In this document: piece after piece, positions 51,631-64,000 of the stretch
Numbering within the stretch: position 1 is the stretch's first letter
Layout of the letters: every line of letters begins with the position of its first letter
NCBI GenBank assembly: GCA_964234715.1
Contig: OZ174284.1
Direction: 5' to 3' (one strand)
From: Podarcis melisellensis
Taxonomy: Eukaryota
Length of the DNA: 64,000 nt
The notes under the pieces: model-generated
The model's input: the letters and a program-made list of their open reading frames with translations, nothing else
Told to the model about the DNA's origin: nothing
The model's database searches: none
Program-made: the position numbers and the translations under genes

Positions 51631-53698
51631 TGCTAAGAGTAGAATGATTGAATTAAAAGTTTGGCTAGAAAAGTGGTTTCAAAGTGGTCAATCTGCACAG
51701 GCTTAAGAGAGCACACCTTGCATTCAACATTACCTTGCATTCGTGAAGAGTTTAATAATTCATTACTCATCCTCTTGTTCTCAATTTAATGCCTGTTCAG
51801 GTTGCAGTTCTCATCTCCTTAGCCAGCATTATACATAGCACCTTATCCCCCCAAAAAATCTGGTTTAAATTAGTCAACACAATTACCTCTAACAACAGAC
51901 AGCGATATTGCTGATTTTTATCACATCTGTTTTTGTTCACTACCAAACAGGATGAGGAAGATAATGTTACACTGTTGTGTATATTTTATGTGTAAAGATG
52001 ATAACCCTGTTGTCTTGACTCCTGCAGCCCTGTTCCTCTCCATGCTTTTTTTCATTTCCTCTTTTGCTCTCTCCACCTCCAGCTGATAATATTTACAGAA
52101 GCACATGGCAGTAACGTGTCTAGGATGGAGTCAGATTTGGCATCACATTGTGCAAAGCCTCTTACAGAATGTTAGATCGTACTCAGGAGAGAAAAATGAA
52201 ATATTTATAATAATGAAGTCATACTGTCAGTGCCTGAAAAACTTGGATAGGGATTCGGGTTTTGCCATCCCCACCTGAACCCACTCCAACTCCCCCAGAG
52301 AACTGGACCAAATTATACCAGAACTTATTTTCCCTCTCCCTCTCAAACACCTAGCTAAGCTACCCCAACTCTTCTCTCTTCAGGTAAGCCATGACTATTT
52401 GTGGAGGAAGCACCCACTGTGGTCATCTAACATTCAATAGAGGCAGTGCGGTGTAAATATGAAGATTGTTGGGCCCAATTTAAAACCCCACTCATCTATG
52501 AGTGGGTGACCTTGAGCCAGTCACTCTAACCTCCATCATTAGGATTCTTGTGAAGATAAAGAGGGATGGGGGACACCATGTATGTCAGTCACCCTGAGCT
52601 CCTTGAAGGAAGCGCAGCATAGAAATATAGTAATATTCTCCCTAGCTGCATACAAATGAATAGGAAATATTACTGCTTGGTCACAGCATTTGTGAAAACT
52701 TTATTCAGCAGCCTCATTTAGCATGGGAAAGGGGCTTCTGGAGGGTCAATATTGTCAAACCATTGGGAGTCAGAAACCCTTGACGATCTACTAGTGATTA
52801 ACCTTCTGCCCTCCTCTTAAGCCCAGCAAAGAGTGTTTTGGAGTGGTTTCAAACATTACAGACCCTGAGACATCTGGGTGATTCAGACTATTTCTTTATT
52901 TAACTCCACTTATGAGTCACTTCCCATAAAATATATTGAAGTGATTTCAGTCCTAGGCTGAATTCCTGGCATTTCTGGGTGTTTGTTTAAGAAAGCAAAA
53001 AATTGGGTAGCAGGGTGATGTGAAAAACCTTTGTCCCAGACCCTGGAGAATCACTTCTGGGCAGAGTAAACAATACCAGACCAGATCATGGACAAAAAGT
53101 CTGATATAATGAAAGGTAGTCTTGCATATTTTTGTGTATTTTGACAGTGCAATCCTCTGACTCAGATTTACTCCCAAGCTTAAGACTGTCATCTGAGTTC
53201 TCCCTGCTTTCAATAACGTTTGTGCTGTCAAAATAATTGTTGCTTCAGAATATGCAACTTCTCGAAAGAGTACTACCTTCTTATGCCTATCTAATTTCCC
53301 AGACTGCATTTCACATTTCCAAGACCAGAAAATGTGTGCAAATTGCCATAACGATTCACCATTAAGCATTTAGCCACAGTTTTATTACCACCATTATCAT
53401 AATTTGTCATCAGAGTCAGGATATGAACTACAACTCTCAAGAGGCTTGACTTTCAGAAGCACATTTTCTTCTTGGGATTCCTAGGCACTTACTAGTTCAC
53501 ATTTCCTTATTTGGTACAGAGCTGCATGAGCAACATAAATATGGAATTGAAGTTTATATGCCCCTGTATCCCAAAATTAGCTTTGGATTATTGCATATCA
53601 TCACAGTGACCAGGATAAAATCCGAGTGCAGTTGCTACAGAAAGGACATTTCACCATTTAAAACAACTGTACATAAAAGAGGTTGTCTAATTATCCAT

Positions 53699-54712
53699 TT
53701 ATATGACGGCCTTAACAACACTGTAGAACACGGAAAGATAGATTGCAATGAAGAGCACACAGGCTACCTTCACCTGCTTCAAAGTTGCACTTGTTTCTTG
53801 CATAGCAAAAGCTTTCCTCATTCTGATGTTGGTCTGGAATCTCACGTGCAGAGGAATATTGGTACCATCTAAACCATACTTGCCTGGCCCACTGGTTATG
53901 TGTTCAGTGGCCACAACAAACTTTAGTGCCGCAAAAGTCTGTGGTATGTCCTTTAAGATGGAAAATGAAGGGCCCCCGAAACGTGAGCACAAAGACATGC
54001 AGGGATGTGGGAGTGTACTGGTGATGTGGTCTAAGATCTTCGCTTTGCAGGCTGAACTCAATGTGGGTCTGACCAAGTTAAAAAGCAGGGTCAGTGCACA
54101 TTTTGTTACTTTTGCTGTCAGCTGTGAAGCTTCCTGAACTCCATCAAGCAATCCCAGGAAGAGCGAGAAAATAATTTGCTTCATGACTGGTCGCAACACT
54201 GTCTGGTAGGTTTCATAGTTTTCTTGGAGGAAGGGGCTTATGGAGTGGTGCAGCCTTGTAGATGAAATAGCTGGTAGACCTCTTTGTTTCAGGAACCCTA
54301 GCAACTCCAGAGCCCATTTGGCAGCACACCATTGCAAGACACCAGCCAAATAAAAACACAAGTACCTTGCAGCTGCCCGAGAATGCCATAGGATTTTAAG
54401 TGCTGGGACTAGCACTTCCTTCCAGAGCTTCCTGATGAGAATTAAATGCATGGCACGTAACATCTTTAGGCTGCAGTGCCACAAGATGAAGATCCCAGTC
54501 GCTTGCACAGTGACCCAACAGAAGACTAGCTTGACTATGGTGGCCAAGGGGCGCAATAGCGGCATGTAGACTTTCACCAATAGGTAATGCATAAAGAAGT
54601 AGAGTAGCATGAGCTGGGTTTGGGGCAGCAGCCTCAAAGTCAGCTGTGTCATGTACATCACAGTTTGTTTCCCAATTGGCTGGTAAATGGCAAGCCTCTT
54701 CTCACCTGCCAT
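53699..54712 (-). CDS. Uncharacterised hydrophobic (probable multi-pass membrane) protein, 337-aa ORF; possibly the last exon of a 3-exon 441-aa gene (55076-55266, 54706-54925, 53699-54613)
   Basis: Longest ORF in the window and not recognisably repeat-derived. Strong Kozak context (acaaaATGG), several hydrophobic segments including a C-terminal one, AATAAA about 310 nt after the stop (53381-53386), head-to-head with the RPL3 promoter. No homologue recognised. Confidence 0.6.
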   Translation of the reverse strand: MAGEKRLAIYQPIGKQTVMYMTQLTLRLLPQTQLMLLYFFMHYLLVKVYMPLLRPLATIVKLVFCWVTVQATGIFILWHCSLKMLRAMHLILIRKLWKEVLVPALKILWHSRAAARYLCFYLAGVLQWCAAKWALELLGFLKQRGLPAISSTRLHHSISPFLQENYETYQTVLRPVMKQIIFSLFLGLLDGVQEASQLTAKVTKCALTLLFNLVRPTLSSACKAKILDHITSTLPHPCMSLCSRFGGPSFSILKDIPQTFAALKFVVATEHITSGPGKYGLDGTNIPLHVRFQTNIRMRKAFAMQETSATLKQVKVACVLFIAIYLSVFYSVVKAVI

Positions 54713-55619
54713 TTTGTTAATGTAGACCCCTTAGAAACAAGGCCATGCTCATCCCAGCACAAATGTCTTGCCTTGCTTTGCTTTGCCTTCTGACTTGAGC
54801 CATCTGTTTTTGGACTCCCCTTATGTAACTGGGTGATGATGACACCACAGTAGATTGCATCAGAAAGAGGGCTAAGTGTGGTTATGCTGGGGTGGGGTTG
54901 TACCTTCAGCTCCAGCCTTTCCAAACTATGAGCTTTTAAAAAAAAACCCTAATGGGTAGGATTCAGACTCCTCACTCCCAGACTACAACCCCATAGTGGG
55001 GAAAAGTTCACAGATAAGAAGCTGGAGTGTACTTGGGTGTTGGGGAAAGAGATGGGCCATACTCAGTACGATTACTGTGGGTCAGTAACAGCACAGAGCT
55101 GCCTGAGCATCAGTGACAGCAGTGCAGGGAAGCAAAGAGATTTTCTGTAAGGAATACTGTAATTTTCTTCCTCAGTCTCCTCCTTCCTCTTCTTTATTAT
55201 ACTTAAACCTCTTCTGACTTGGAAGAGGGGCTGCTGAAGAGATCTATGGAACCCAAAAGCTTGCATTTTCAGCCATTACCAAACTTTAACAGACGCCTCC
55301 AAACTAATACCATCTTCTCTGCTTTGTACACCCTAGTGCTGTTGGAGGGGGGGATTATAGGTTTATGCTGGACTCCCGCGTCGTTGATAATCCTGTCCTT
55401 TGATAGACAAATTTAAGCCCCAATTTCCCGGCCTCCAGTATTATGACTAGATAGAGACATCCCTCCCCCACTGAAAGGATGGAATTTGCTTCCTCGTACG
55501 CATGCACGAGTTTAATGAGGGACCTCCCGATAAAGCAGTCCTTCATGCGAAATGGCATCATCTGAGGAATTCATAACCCTCCCGGCACCCGTAGCCTTTA
55601 CTTTTTTTTAAAAAGTTAT

Positions 55620-55797
55620 CGTTTCCTTCTGTCTCCTCGCGATATTTCGCATAGAGGATTACAGTGCACGTGGGACCGATTTGGAAACGCATGCGCACGC
55701 GTATCGGCTGGACGCGACTGCGCATGCCTAGGAAGCGAAGGGATAAATAGCGCACGCGCACCTTTCCACTTCCCTTCTACATCGGCTCGGAGACAAA

Positions 55798-55800
<3 letters not shown>
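55620..55800. promoter_or_regulatory. RPL3 promoter (probably bidirectional) with 5' TOP pyrimidine tract
   Basis: CpG-rich. NRF1-like CGCATGCGCA (55688-55697) and TGCGCATGCC (55719-55728), CTCGCGATA (55636-55644), E-box CACGTG (55667-55672), TATA-like GATAAATAG (55742-55750), and pyrimidine tract cctttccacttcccttct (55761-55778) just upstream of the ATG that ends exon 1. Confidence 0.8.
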
Positions 55801-63141
<7,341 letters not shown>

Positions 63142-63168
63142 TTTCTGGATTCTGGCTCGTAGTCTTAT

Positions 63169-63174
63169 AATAAA
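63169..63174 (+). other. RPL3 polyadenylation signal AATAAA
   Basis: Canonical hexamer 27 nt after the stop codon, typical of short ribosomal-protein 3' UTRs. Confidence 0.85.
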
Positions 63175-64000
63175 GCTACAAATATCAAATACACTGTCTG
63201 CTTCATGTTTTATGAATGATAGAAATGAAATTGGTCTTTAGGTGGGCTGTGATAATTGCTTGGGTTTTAAAATGTTATATAGCATTGCTCTTCTGCAAGA
63301 CAGGATGCTATGTGGCAGATTCACCCTCATTTCAGTAGACTTGCTGATGTATGGGCAGCAAACTTTACACAGAATCAAGTGTAAAAGCATCTGCTCCTAG
63401 AAACTGTTGGTTTCAAATCATAATTTAAATGAAAATTTAGTTTGGAATAAGGTAGGAACATAAGAAGCTACCTTTAGACCAAGTCAGACCTTTGTGTTAA
63501 GGCAGTATTGCCTGCATGGACAAGCAAGGTTTCACAAGGCTTTCTCCATTCTACCTGGAAATACCCTTGGTTGAACCTGGCACCTTTTATATGCAAACCC
63601 CACCCCCACTTTTATCATAATACAATGTTCCGCTTTACAGCAACCACAAATCTTTCCTGTCAGGACTGGCACATTCCTTTAGCAATGCCACACACACTAG
63701 GACTGCTCCAAAATGAGGCAAGGTAGGTTGTCCGGTACATTCTGTTCCAAGGTTGCTTGGAAGGAAATTTTGGTTGAACAGGTATACAACATACAGGAAT
63801 CTGGTTTAAACCAAAATGCTTTGTCTGCATGGTGGTGCACTAATTTTGGGAACATCACTGCTGTGAAGTATTAGGTGACATTTTCCTTATGCAATGTTGG
63901 TGGCCCCACCTACATCATCTAACATGCAGTAGGGAGGGGTCTCCTTCACCAGCAAAGCAGCACCCAGCAGGATTGAATCTTCCCATTTCCAGATTATGAA

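Noticed and set aside
53748-54137. 129-aa plus-strand ORF overlapping the novel ORF
   Set aside because: Antisense to the 337-aa ORF and likely its shadow; no recognisable product.

Overview
Vertebrate genomic DNA, almost certainly a squamate and probably a lacertid lizard (full-length Sauria/Squam1 SINE, BovB and CR1 LINE fragments, many hAT/Tigger MITEs). It holds three complete spliced genes in the same order and relative orientation as human 22q13.1: TAB1 (minus, 11 coding exons, 502 aa), SYNGR1 (minus, 4 coding exons, 233 aa, plus an alternative 1b-type last exon giving 193 aa) and RPL3 (plus, 10 coding exons, 403 aa). RPL3 hosts intronic C/D snoRNAs SNORD43 and SNORD83. The main unexplained signal is a 337-codon hydrophobic ORF (53699..54712, minus) between SYNGR1 and RPL3, head-to-head with the RPL3 promoter. 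I do not recognise it. It can be joined by two phase-compatible GT-AG introns to two upstream ORFs into a 441-aa, 3-exon candidate membrane-protein gene, probably driven by a bidirectional RPL3 promoter. Other points of interest are a candidate NMD-coupled alternative acceptor in RPL3 intron 3, hairpin MITEs carrying ZNF143/THAP11-type motifs, and a nested transposon stack. All exon boundaries were read by eye and no database searches were run.
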